Source: a virus
Virus record (IMG/VR): IMGVR_UViG_3300045988_109965
Coordinates: 1 to 43,163 of that record
DNA: 43,163 nucleotides
Strand: one strand, 5' to 3'
This document shows, piece after piece, positions 33,812 to 42,236 of this stretch. The first letter of the stretch is position 1. Each line of letters begins with the position of its first letter. Below the pieces are notes generated by a model that was given only the letters and a program-made list of their open reading frames with translations, did not search any database and was not told the DNA's origin. The position numbers and the translations under genes were made by a program.

Positions 33812-34435
33812 ATGGAATACATTAAAATCCCTATAATCTGCGCCGACGCCATTTTGGCCCTCGGAGAAGCGGAGTGTGGCCGGTTGCTTATGTCCCTTCT
33901 GGAATACAGTAGGGGCGGAGGTACGGTTGAACCCCGTGGTGCTGAGAAGTCAATCTATCTAATTTTGAAAGCGCAGATGGACAAGGATACAGAGACAGGG
34001 CGGAAACGTGCGGAGAACGGGCGGAAAGGCGGCATAGCAAAGTCTAGCAAATTAAAGCAAAATCTAGCAAGAGATAGCATGCCCCCTTCCCCGCTTCCTT
34101 CTCCCCCCACACCCCCCATATCTATTCCCCCATCCCCCAAAGAAAAACCCCCTAAAGGGGGTAAAAAGAAAGTCCCCCCAACGGTGGAAGAAGTCCGCGC
34201 CTATTGCCAGGAACGGGGGAACGGCATAGACCCGGAGGCCTTTGTGGACTTCTACGCAGCGCGGGGGTGGAAATACGGAGCAGGGCGGCCCATTGTAGAC
34301 TGGAAAGCCGCCGTGCGAACCTGGGAAGCCCGCCGAAGGGCGGAGCAGCCAGCCACTACGGAGACATACCGCCCCAGGGCCTATCACCTGGAGCGGGACG
34401 AGGATGGACAGGAGGTTGTAGTCTATGACGATTGA
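33812..34435 (+). CDS. Replisome organiser / DnaD-like replication initiation protein
   Basis: Pro-rich linker, then EEVRAYCQERGNGIDPEAFVDFYAARGWKYG...DWKAAVRTWE, a conserved phage C-terminus. Overlaps the DnaB gene. Confidence 0.7.
   Translation: MEYIKIPIICADAILALGEAECGRLLMSLLEYSRGGGTVEPRGAEKSIYLILKAQMDKDTETGRKRAENGRKGGIAKSSKLKQNLARDSMPPSPLPSPPTPPISIPPSPKEKPPKGGKKKVPPTVEEVRAYCQERGNGIDPEAFVDFYAARGWKYGAGRPIVDWKAAVRTWEARRRAEQPATTETYRPRAYHLERDEDGQEVVVYDD
34035..34081 (+). repeat. Five TAGCAAR iterons with exact 10-bp phasing (candidate origin inside the organiser gene)
   Basis: tagcaaa, tagcaaa, aagcaaa, tagcaag and tagcatg start at 34035, 34045, 34055, 34065 and 34075. Confidence 0.6.
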
Positions 34436-35702
34436 CGCACTGGAGGCGGAGAGCGCGGTATGCGGCTCTATCCTGCTGGACGATGCATGTCTACCAGAAG
34501 TGCTGGAGCACCTGACAGAGGCGGATTTCGTGCTGGAGGCGAACCGGTCGATTTTCCGGGCGGCGGTTGAGCTTTACCGGCGTGAGGAGCCGGTAGACCC
34601 TGTGAGCATCCGGGCGGAGGCCAGGGGTGCAGTCAGCGACGCCTACATGATGGAGCTGATGCAGGCCACCAACACGGCGGCCAACGCCGGGATTTACGCG
34701 GAAGAGACCCGGCGGGCGTCCATGCGGCGGAGCCTGGTAGCCCTCGGCCAGGAGCTGGAGCAGCGTGCGTCTACCCTGGAGGACACCCCCAGGGAGCTGA
34801 TTTCCGCCGCACAGCGAGAGCTGGAGGCCATTGAGGCTCAGGACACCGCAAGGGAGCTGGCTACCTCCGGGGATACTTTGCTGGCCTATTACCGGCACCG
34901 GGAGCGGGTGGATGCCGGTGCCGGCGGCTACGTCCCTACGGGCTACCGGAGCTTAGACCGATTGCTGGGCGGCGGCCTGCTGAACAGCGGATTTTACATT
35001 CTGGCCGCCCGGCCCGGCATGGGCAAGACCACTTTTGGGCTGGCTGTGGCGGATCAGGTAGCCCAACAGAATGGGCCAGTGCTCTTCGTGTCCCTGGAAA
35101 TGGATGAGGAGCAGTTGGCCGCCAAGCGGCTGGCGCGGGCCGCCGGGATTTCCTATGACGCCCTCATGATGGGCAATCTTGGGGACGAAGAGCGGGCCCG
35201 TGCGGCGGAGTGGAGTTCGAAGGTGTCCCAGATACCTGTCTACACAAACCGCAAGCCCCGCGCCACCGTGGACGATATCGCCAACATGGCCCGGAAGGTT
35301 AAAGGGCTCAAGCTGCTGGTGGTGGACTATTTCGGGCTGATCCGGACAGAGGAGCGGGCTAAAAACCGCTATGAGGCTATGACCGAGGTGTCCGGGCAGC
35401 TCAAGGCGCTGGCGAGAAAGCTCAAAGTACCGCTGCTCTGCCTGGCGCAGATCAACCGGGAGAACGCACAGCGGCAGGATAAGCGGCCCCAGCTCTCTGA
35501 CCTGCGGGATACCGGGGCACTGGAGCAGGATGCGGATGGCGTAATCTTTTTACACTGCAACAGCTATTACAACCAGGAGCGGCCCGACCCGTGGGAGCCC
35601 GACTATATGCAAATTATTTTGGCGAAAAACCGGCACGCCAGCACCGGTACGTGCGACGCGGCATTCTACCGGGCGGTGGGGCGGATTATACCAGCGAGGT
35701 GA
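34425..35702 (+). CDS. dnaB: Replicative DNA helicase (DnaB family)
   Basis: ARPGMGKTTF (Walker A), LLVVDYFGLI (Walker B), LSDLRDTGALEQDADGVIFLH, and a DnaB-type N-terminal domain. Confidence 0.9.
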   Translation: MTIDALEAESAVCGSILLDDACLPEVLEHLTEADFVLEANRSIFRAAVELYRREEPVDPVSIRAEARGAVSDAYMMELMQATNTAANAGIYAEETRRASMRRSLVALGQELEQRASTLEDTPRELISAAQRELEAIEAQDTARELATSGDTLLAYYRHRERVDAGAGGYVPTGYRSLDRLLGGGLLNSGFYILAARPGMGKTTFGLAVADQVAQQNGPVLFVSLEMDEEQLAAKRLARAAGISYDALMMGNLGDEERARAAEWSSKVSQIPVYTNRKPRATVDDIANMARKVKGLKLLVVDYFGLIRTEERAKNRYEAMTEVSGQLKALARKLKVPLLCLAQINRENAQRQDKRPQLSDLRDTGALEQDADGVIFLHCNSYYNQERPDPWEPDYMQIILAKNRHASTGTCDAAFYRAVGRIIPAR

Positions 35703-35707
35703 TATCA

Positions 35708-35866
35708 GTGACAGACGAAAAGGCGGCGGATGTTTTGTCCGCCCTGAGAGACAAACATCGCGCCATTATGGAGACCGGATCCGAGCTGGCTCAGGTGCAT
35801 GGCCAGATTGTGGAAGCCCTGAACTGGGCGCTGGAGATACTTAGACATGGGAACGATTCGGTTTGA
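35708..35866 (+). CDS. Small hypothetical protein (52 aa)
   Basis: GTG start 5 nt after GAGGTGA. Confidence 0.4.
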   Translation: MTDEKAADVLSALRDKHRAIMETGSELAQVHGQIVEALNWALEILRHGNDSV

Positions 35867-36227
35867 TATACCATACCCGCCCACGAAGAAGGGCAAGTCG
35901 GCCTTCTGCCGCCGGTTTGGGCTGAACGCCTACTACTCCGGCAAGCACTGGGCGCAGCGGAAGAAGGACGCTGACGAGCTCCACGCGCTGACTCTGGCCG
36001 CGCTGAAACAGGCCCGAGTGCGGCGCGGGATGGTACGGGGGCCGGTCTCCATCACTTTTGCATGGGACGACGGGCTGGACATTGACAACCACGCAGCCAT
36101 CGCCAAAGCCGTGGTGGACGCGCTCAAGGGATACCTGCTGCCGGACGACGATCACCGCTGGTACAGGCAGGTCATACATAGGCTTTGGGACGGGGGATGT
36201 ATCCGGGTGGAGGTGGAGGAGCTTTGA
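35847..36227 (+). CDS. rusA: RusA-like Holliday junction resolvase
   Basis: GLDIDNHAAIAKAVVDALKGYLLPDDD. 126 aa. Confidence 0.7.
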   Translation: MGTIRFDIPYPPTKKGKSAFCRRFGLNAYYSGKHWAQRKKDADELHALTLAALKQARVRRGMVRGPVSITFAWDDGLDIDNHAAIAKAVVDALKGYLLPDDDHRWYRQVIHRLWDGGCIRVEVEEL

Positions 36228-36652
36228 TCACCAGAGACCCCTACGGCATCAGCGGAGCGGTGGCACCCTGGCGCAGTCTGGACGCGATGGAGCCGGTCGC
36301 GGAGCGCAGGATTACGGAGCGGGATGCAGAAGAGGCGGCAATCTGCCAAAACTGCCCGTTACCGGATTGCAACCCGAAAAGAGTTGGCTGCCTGCTCCAC
36401 ACAAAGAAGCTGCGGCAATCAAAATCCCACGATCTAGTAGAACGGATGGCCCTGGATGGCTATAGCCTGATACAAATTATGGCAGCTACCGGATACAAGA
36501 AGGGCACGGTCGCAGAGTATATACGGCAGTTCAGGCGGAACGGGCCGTGTGAACGCTGTGCGTCCAAGAGCATTTGTGATGCGGTCGGCGGGACGTGTAG
36601 CCGTAAAGAGCGATGGAAAGCAATCAAGGAGGTGCCGAACGATGGACGATAA
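36224..36652 (+). CDS. Hypothetical Cys-rich protein with an HTH-like segment
   Basis: TTG start overlaps the rusA stop. SLIQIMAATGYKKGTVAEYIRQF. CQNCPLPDC and CERC. Confidence 0.45.
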   Translation: MITRDPYGISGAVAPWRSLDAMEPVAERRITERDAEEAAICQNCPLPDCNPKRVGCLLHTKKLRQSKSHDLVERMALDGYSLIQIMAATGYKKGTVAEYIRQFRRNGPCERCASKSICDAVGGTCSRKERWKAIKEVPNDGR

Positions 36653-37466
36653 GACGCGCGCCCTGCTGGGCGACCACGAGGCGACGAAACTGGCGCATCT
36701 CTCCCTCTTCTCCGGCATCGGGGGACTTGACCTTGCCGCCCAGTGGGCCGGATTTACCACCGTCGGACAGTGCGAGTGGGCGGACTACCCGACAAAGGTT
36801 CTGGAAAAACACTGGCCGGACGTGCCGCGCTGGCGGGATATTCGTACATTGACGGGAGAAAGTTTTTATGAAAAGACAGGACTACGAACAGTTGACATTA
36901 TTTCGGGCGGATTCCCCTGCCAGCCACACAGCGTTATCGGGAAACGGCTTGCAGAAAATGATGAACGGCACTTATGGCCAGAGTTCCTGCGAGTTATTGA
37001 CGAATTGCGGCCGAGGTATGTTGTTGGCGAAAATGTTAATGGCATCTTATCTACAATACATGAGTCCATTTGCACCGATTTGGAAAAAGAAGGATACGAA
37101 GTCTGGACGTTCAGTATTCCGGCTTGTGCTGTCGGAGCGCACCATGAAAGATACAGGGTTTGTATTCTTGGCATCTCCAAGGGCAAGTCAGGACTTCAAG
37201 CCGATCCGCAGGCAGACACCACAGGAGCACAGCGGAAAACACGGACAAACGCTGAGCGCCAGCCTTGGAATTATCTTCCCGGAACGTATTGGGCAGTACA
37301 TCAACCCCCAGTTTGCGGAATGGATGATGGGATTCCCGATTGGATGGGGGGATATCCGCAGTACAAACAGTGGATGCAGTGTTACGGAAACGCCGTAGTC
37401 CCCCAACAGTTTTACCCGATCTTCCAGGCCATAGCGGACATAGAGAGGGGAATTATACATGGATGA
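36642..37466 (+). CDS. dcm: DNA (cytosine-5)-methyltransferase
   Basis: Motif I LFSGIGG, motif IV GGFPCQPHS, motif VI VGENV, motif VIII HHERYRVCILG, motif X YGNAVVPQQ. Confidence 0.85.
   Translation: MDDKTRALLGDHEATKLAHLSLFSGIGGLDLAAQWAGFTTVGQCEWADYPTKVLEKHWPDVPRWRDIRTLTGESFYEKTGLRTVDIISGGFPCQPHSVIGKRLAENDERHLWPEFLRVIDELRPRYVVGENVNGILSTIHESICTDLEKEGYEVWTFSIPACAVGAHHERYRVCILGISKGKSGLQADPQADTTGAQRKTRTNAERQPWNYLPGTYWAVHQPPVCGMDDGIPDWMGGYPQYKQWMQCYGNAVVPQQFYPIFQAIADIERGIIHG
36868..37398 (+). CDS. 176-codon +1-frame ORF nested in the methyltransferase gene (status unresolved)
   Basis: Has no stop over 531 nt in a moderate-GC stretch. ATG lies 9 nt after GGGAG. Ends with NPQFAEWMMGFPIGWG, a motif IX-like pattern. 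A G6 run at 37346-37351 marks the frame boundary. Confidence 0.3.
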   Translation: MKRQDYEQLTLFRADSPASHTALSGNGLQKMMNGTYGQSSCELLTNCGRGMLLAKMLMASYLQYMSPFAPIWKKKDTKSGRSVFRLVLSERTMKDTGFVFLASPRASQDFKPIRRQTPQEHSGKHGQTLSASLGIIFPERIGQYINPQFAEWMMGFPIGWGDIRSTNSGCSVTETP

Positions 37467-37755
37467 TATCAAATTAGCCCTGCTTGGGAATAAAGAGGCG
37501 GCCAAGCGGCTGACGGATGCGGGGGTGCTGCTGGAATGTAAAAGGTGTGGCAGCGAGAATGTCGATTATGGGGAGTATGATGGTATTCTTGTTGGGCTGG
37601 ATTACGTCAGATGCCGAAACTGCGGCCTAATAGAACAAGGGGTTGTGTCCCCAGAAGAATTTTCGGCCCGCCTAGAATGGAACACCAGAGCGCCGATTCT
37701 GAGCGCGGAGGAGATGGAGATGCTGGAGGCGCTGAAAGATGGCAAGGGCGATTGA
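37459..37755 (+). CDS. Lar-like restriction-alleviation protein
   Basis: CKRCG...CRNCG zinc ribbon followed by ARLEWNTRAP. Confidence 0.6.
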   Translation: MDDIKLALLGNKEAAKRLTDAGVLLECKRCGSENVDYGEYDGILVGLDYVRCRNCGLIEQGVVSPEEFSARLEWNTRAPILSAEEMEMLEALKDGKGD

Positions 37756-38221
37756 TGCAGACCGACTGAAACAGGCCATAGACCATGATTATTATGAGCA
37801 TTACACCAAATATCACGATAGCGACCAAACAGCCCTGATTGATATGGTGATGGACGATATTGACGAGATGCCCACCCTCACCCCGCCGAACGAGGCGCTG
37901 ACGCTTGGACTGGTCGATAAGTATGGCGCACCTCTGTATGCAGGTGACACCGTGGCTGCTGACAAATTTTTTATGTACGCTATCCGGTACGGAAGCCACA
38001 ATGTAAACCCGAAGCAATGTGAACCCGCCTATCAGGTCGGGTGGTATCTGGAAATTGTTTGGGCACTCTACAACGAAGACAAAACGTATATCGGGCACAC
38101 TGAGGCGCTGTATGACATTGGTGGAGTGGCTGCCAGATACCCGGCCCATTGTGCGGATACTACGGAGGGAGTACAAAACCTGCTGTTGTATAAGCACCGC
38201 CCGCCGGAGGTATCGCCATGA
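37739..38221 (+). CDS. Hypothetical protein
   Basis: 160 aa. Overlaps both neighbouring genes. Confidence 0.5.
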   Translation: MARAIDADRLKQAIDHDYYEHYTKYHDSDQTALIDMVMDDIDEMPTLTPPNEALTLGLVDKYGAPLYAGDTVAADKFFMYAIRYGSHNVNPKQCEPAYQVGWYLEIVWALYNEDKTYIGHTEALYDIGGVAARYPAHCADTTEGVQNLLLYKHRPPEVSP

Positions 38222-38445
38222 GACAGCAATACACCCGCGCAGAGCTGGAATCCATCACCCAGGAGACCGCAATATACATTGAGGGAGCAGGGATAGCCCA
38301 GCTCCAATGGGGCGGCCTGGAGATTGCAGAGGAGGTAAAGGACGGGTACCTGTACTGCAAGCACATCAAGCCGTTTGCGATGGATCTGTACGACAAATAC
38401 TGGACGGCCTGGGATGGGCCGCCGGAAGAGGTGGAGAACGCATGA
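38218..38445 (+). CDS. Hypothetical protein
   Basis: 75 aa with ATGA-type overlaps. Confidence 0.5.
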   Translation: MRQQYTRAELESITQETAIYIEGAGIAQLQWGGLEIAEEVKDGYLYCKHIKPFAMDLYDKYWTAWDGPPEEVENA

Positions 38446-38684
38446 AAACGATTTGCATTACTTGCAAAAATGACTGCAATAACGCCGGTACAACGGCCAG
38501 AATTTCTTGGTGCCCTCAGTACAAACCAGGACGAATTTTGTCCAACGCCGACCGCATCCGGGCCATGAGCGACGCAGATTTGGCGAGATGGCTTGAATAC
38601 GAGGGTGGAGGAGCCTGTGCAGAGGTTTATGGGTGGCTGGCGTGGCTCCAGCAGCCAGCGGAGGAGGGCAACAATGGACATTGA
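38442..38684 (+). CDS. Hypothetical Cys-containing protein (80 aa)
   Basis: Its ATG overlaps the previous stop. N-terminal CITCKNDC. Confidence 0.45.
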   Translation: MKTICITCKNDCNNAGTTARISWCPQYKPGRILSNADRIRAMSDADLARWLEYEGGGACAEVYGWLAWLQQPAEEGNNGH

Positions 38685-38785
38685 GAAGCTGGATATAAAC
38701 GCAGTATGCTTTGGTATCCTTTGCAATTTTACCCCTGTATGCGGAGAAGAACGAGCAAAAGAGGCGGTTGAGAGGAGGACAACAA

Positions 38786-39205
38786 GTGGATAAACCAAGA
38801 ATTGCGCAGGTGCTGGGAGTAGAGGTCGGAGAGGATGTCAAATACCGACATACAGATGGAACAGCAGAAAATATTTGTGTTTGTGAGGATGGGCGGGTTA
38901 TTATTTCTTCTCTTTCATGCAAAATGTCAACCGTTGCTGTACTTATAAATGCCATCAACCACCCAGACCGCATCATCCGAAAGCCCCGCTGGACGGAGCA
39001 GGAGGTGGAGAGGGCGAAGGCTATCAAAGTGCTATATCCAGTTGTTAAAACATTGGCATACGTTGATATAGTGGGACAGACATTTTACATGTATGATGAC
39101 GAAGACAACTATAAGGGCAGTCTTGATAACCTTGATGAAACGTTCCCTACGCTGAGGAGCATAAGGCGGGCCACATTGGACGAGATCATCGGAGGTGCCA
39201 AATGA
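38786..39205 (+). CDS. Hypothetical protein
   Basis: GTG start 7 nt after GAGGAGG. 139 aa. Confidence 0.45.
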   Translation: MDKPRIAQVLGVEVGEDVKYRHTDGTAENICVCEDGRVIISSLSCKMSTVAVLINAINHPDRIIRKPRWTEQEVERAKAIKVLYPVVKTLAYVDIVGQTFYMYDDEDNYKGSLDNLDETFPTLRSIRRATLDEIIGGAK

Positions 39206-39702
39206 CCAGAGAAATACTTTTCAAGGCCCAACGGCTGGATAACGACGAGTGGGTGGAGGGAAACATTGTGGATGTCCCGGAAGATGCCGACTTTATGCCC
39301 GGAGCGTACATTCTACCGCGGTTGGTATCGGCCAGGGCAGACCCGCCCACAAAAGGGAGAATCATGCTAGGCGGATTCTTTGAAGTTGACCCCGCCACGG
39401 TCTGCCAGTACACCAACATCGACATACAGCGAGAAGCGTGGCCGTCCTCCGAAGTACACAAGATTTTTACTGGCGATATGCTGGGCGAATGGGGCGAGGA
39501 CGAGGAAGGCAACGAGTGTGTTTGCATCCTCGGCGTCGTGACCTATTGGGAAGATGAAGGACGCTATGTATTGGCAGACGAGGACGGGTTGTGCAACGAC
39601 TGGACGCTGGAGGACGAAGCGAAGCCAGAGAATTGGCCCAACCTCATACACTGCGGCTCCATCCACGACGGGGAGGGCGGGCAACATGAGCGAGTGGATT
39701 AG
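39202..39702 (+). CDS. YopX-like protein
   Basis: N-terminal ILFKAQRLDNDEWVEGNIV pattern. 166 aa. Confidence 0.55.
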   Translation: MTREILFKAQRLDNDEWVEGNIVDVPEDADFMPGAYILPRLVSARADPPTKGRIMLGGFFEVDPATVCQYTNIDIQREAWPSSEVHKIFTGDMLGEWGEDEEGNECVCILGVVTYWEDEGRYVLADEDGLCNDWTLEDEAKPENWPNLIHCGSIHDGEGGQHERVD

Positions 39703-39895
39703 CGTCAAGGACAGGCTGCCGGAAAGTCAAGCGGATGTCCTTGTGGTGGCGTTTTGGCATGAACGCTGGCAGACCATGATGGGCTGGCATAGTGACATGG
39801 GAAAGAAGTGGCGTGTCATTACACCACACGGAGAAAGAGAGCCGGGCGGTGTCACCCACTGGATGCCCCTCCCAGACCCGCCGAAGGAGGGATAG
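39686..39895 (+). CDS. DUF551-like protein
   Basis: WISVKDRLPE...VLVV...VTHWMPLPDPP. Confidence 0.6.
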   Translation: MSEWISVKDRLPESQADVLVVAFWHERWQTMMGWHSDMGKKWRVITPHGEREPGGVTHWMPLPDPPKEG

Positions 39896-39898
39896 CCC

Positions 39899-40114
39899 TT
39901 GAACGAGTTCCCGGAGAGGCTGCGACGGTTAAGAGAAGAGAAAAGACCAGTCAAAAGCATGGTGACGGTTTCGGAGTTATGCGGGCTACCGAGTGGTGCG
40001 GTAAGAAAGTATGAGCGTGGGGAGGCGCGTCCTAATATGACAGCCTTGATTGCATTGGCCGACTACTATGAGGTAAGTTTGGACTACTTAACAGGGCGAA
40101 CAAATTTCAGGTAA
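39899..40114 (+). CDS. Small XRE-family HTH protein
   Basis: RLRRLREEKRPVKSMVTVSELCGLPSGAVRKYERGEARPNMTALIALADYYEVSLDYLTG. Confidence 0.7.
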   Translation: MNEFPERLRRLREEKRPVKSMVTVSELCGLPSGAVRKYERGEARPNMTALIALADYYEVSLDYLTGRTNFR

Positions 40115-40169
40115 AATTTTTTAAATTGTCCTTTTTTGGACAGCAAAGAAAGAATCTTACTTTAAAATG

Positions 40170-41230
40170 GGAGTGTGGGAGCGTATACCCCTGCGCTCCC
40201 ATTCTCTTTCATTCCCCTTCCTCCTTCACACGGATGGGGTGGCGTCGGTGCATCTGCCGCCACCCCCTCTGTGTGCAATATGCCGCCGGTCGAACACCAC
40301 CCCACTATTCGGGGCATGAGGGGTCGCACCCTTCGGGCGGCGAATGACGGTGGAAAGACACTACACCAGACTGCCGGAGCGTCTAGGCGCTGGGAAGAGT
40401 AAGACGCGAGCCGCCTGTCATGGAGGCGGAAGCGGTGGCAGCTATGACCTGCCCCGGTGTGCCGACACATAGAAAGCGGCTGCGCCCGGCGGAGCGTGTA
40501 GAGACGGAATCCGCCTATATTGGGTCGCTCCCATCCGTGGAAGCCGGACGCTTGTGTAGGGCGATAGCTACCAGCGCTATCCCGCTGAAAACTGCCGTGT
40601 TTGCCTGTGCACGGGCATCCAAATACGGTGTGACAATTAAACGAGAAGCGCACATATGCCGAGTGCAGTAGCAGAAGCGGAAGCGGCGGCCCGTTACGTC
40701 GCGGACGTGTGGCGGCTCAATGCCGCCTCTCGGCTCCAAACGCAGAGGGAAAGCAAAAGAGGCACTGCGCGATTAAATTAAATGCCAATGGGCGGCTGGA
40801 CAACCTACTGTCCGCCATATGCCGCTCCTCGCCGCTTGAGGCGGGCGGTGGCACCAGATGTATGGCACCACAGGCTAAAAGCAGACGGGCCTTCCTTGTG
40901 CGCTGTGCGAAAGCGGCAAGGTGAAAAAATTATTTTTGGCTGACCCCGGCCCTATAAAGATGAACGGTTCCGACTGACGACACCAGCGGAGGGGTTGAGA
41001 TGTACCGTGATTATCAAGGCTGTTCCTATGGATGGAGTATGTGAGGTGAGGATGGAAAGGTGTGGAAACGTAGACCGACCAGCGGTGTCTAAGCGTCAGT
41101 AGCAGAAACGGAAATAGGTTGCTGATTGTAATACAGCCTTGATGATTGTGATGTGATACCGCACAGCGGATTACATACAGGCCCGCGGCAAGCCTGACCA
41201 ACCCCGCAACATACCCCGCAAGGGGTATCT
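40170..41230 (+). ncRNA. Candidate large structured non-coding RNA(s); class unknown
   Basis: About 1.1 kb with no SD-led or protein-like ORF. Contains many GC-rich stems, including 40236-40266 (9 bp) and a GCAA-tetraloop hairpin at 41211-41228. Also has an 11-nt long-range complement and internal repeats. GNRA loops read on the + strand. Confidence 0.4.
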
Positions 41231-41262
41231 ATGCCCCCAAAAGCGCGCGAGCTGGAGAGGGC

Positions 41263-41288
41263 AAAAAAGCCGCCCCCGGAGGGGCGGC
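41263..41288 (-). terminator. Terminator of the reverse-oriented cassette
   Basis: On the minus strand, gccgcccc / tccg / ggggcggc gives an 8-bp stem followed by TTTTTT. Confidence 0.75.
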
Positions 41289-41292
41289 AGGA

Positions 41293-41772
41293 TTAGCTCA
41301 GAATTTCTTTCAGTTTGTCCAAATTCCAGGCATTGGGGCTGACCTTGCCGCTCTCCCAGCGGGATATCACGGCCTGGTTAACGTCCATCGCATCCGCAAG
41401 CTGGGCTTGAGTCAAGCCTTTGGCCTTTCTGGCGGCGGCAATATCAAACTCGACAGACGCAAGGGGGCGCTTGCCTTTACCGGCAAAATAGCCTAACTGC
41501 CAAGCCCCCTGCATTTCAAGGGGCTGGAACTTTTCAGACCCTCCCTCCACGGGCGGGTCAATGCTGGTGATCTCGCAAAGCGCCTCAGCAACCTGCCGGT
41601 CGAGATCCCTCTTTAGGAGGCCAAGCCTGTGAGCATCAGAAATGACTCTGGCGAGTGCTGTATACGGGCGCTGAGCGGCAAGGGTGAGATCCCCTCCGAT
41701 CTCCTGCGGATATGCCGCCGCGTTGAGCCGACCGAACACCCAGCCAAACACGTATGCTTCTCTGTTTGTCAT
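41293..41772 (-). CDS. Two-domain regulator: unknown N-terminal domain plus a C-terminal XRE HTH
   Basis: AAARKAKGLTQAQLADAMDVNQAVISRWESGKVSPN. Its ATG overlaps the upstream stop (TGATG). Confidence 0.7.
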   Translation of the reverse strand: MTNREAYVFGWVFGRLNAAAYPQEIGGDLTLAAQRPYTALARVISDAHRLGLLKRDLDRQVAEALCEITSIDPPVEGGSEKFQPLEMQGAWQLGYFAGKGKRPLASVEFDIAAARKAKGLTQAQLADAMDVNQAVISRWESGKVSPNAWNLDKLKEILS

Positions 41773-41957
41773 CAGCAACCGACCTCCTTGAAATAACGGT
41801 ATTCCATTTCGTCATAAACATTGACCTTGATCTTAACCTTGCTGTCAGGATACTGGGAGGCATAACGAGCGGCACAATCCTCGGCTCCCTTCTTGTCGTC
41901 CATATAAGCACCCATCATCCAGCCGTCTTTGCAAACGCAATATTCATAGTGTTTCAT
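41772..41957 (-). CDS. Small hypothetical protein (61 aa), first gene of the reverse cassette
   Basis: ATG lies 7 nt after AGGAGG. A consensus promoter sits upstream. Confidence 0.6.
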   Translation of the reverse strand: MKHYEYCVCKDGWMMGAYMDDKKGAEDCAARYASQYPDSKVKIKVNVYDEMEYRYFKEVGC

Positions 41958-41999
41958 GACTTTACCTCCTATATTGTTCCTTTTACTTTTTATGACTTA

Positions 42000-42027
42000 A
42001 TTATATCATAAAATATGATATTGTCAA
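42000..42027 (-). promoter_or_regulatory. Consensus sigma-70-type promoter for the reverse cassette
   Basis: The minus strand reads TTGACA, 16 nt, TATAAT. Confidence 0.75.
42003..42021. promoter_or_regulatory. Perfect 8-3-8 palindrome ATATCATA-AAA-TATGATAT (candidate operator)
   Basis: Occupies the spacer of the promoter above and lies between the divergent cassette and the antirepressor gene. Confidence 0.6.
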
Positions 42028-42236
42028 TACATATTTTGAAAAATATTTGCCGCCCCGCAGTTGCAGGAGACGGGGGTGGCCCCAACGAGAGGAAACGCAT
42101 GGCGGGATATTCCCCCGCCGCCTCTCAAACAAAAGATCAGGGCTAGGCCGACGGGCCGAAAAGGGAGGTGCCACCTTACTCCCCTGCCCTGAGTCAACAT
42201 AAAGGTGGGAAGCAAAACAGAAAGGGTGGTATCTAC

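Noticed and set aside
38674-38793. A 39-codon ORF with a GGAGGG SD between 38442-38684 and 38786-39205.
   Set aside because: It is very short, overlaps both neighbours, and has no recognisable feature. It was left unannotated rather than called.
40162-40653. A 163-aa minus-strand ORF and several 70-110-aa ORFs in the 40.1-41.3 kb block considered as genes.
   Set aside because: None has an SD. Their compositions are R/C/H/G-rich. They overlap one another on both strands. The region is better explained as structured RNA, which is itself unproven.
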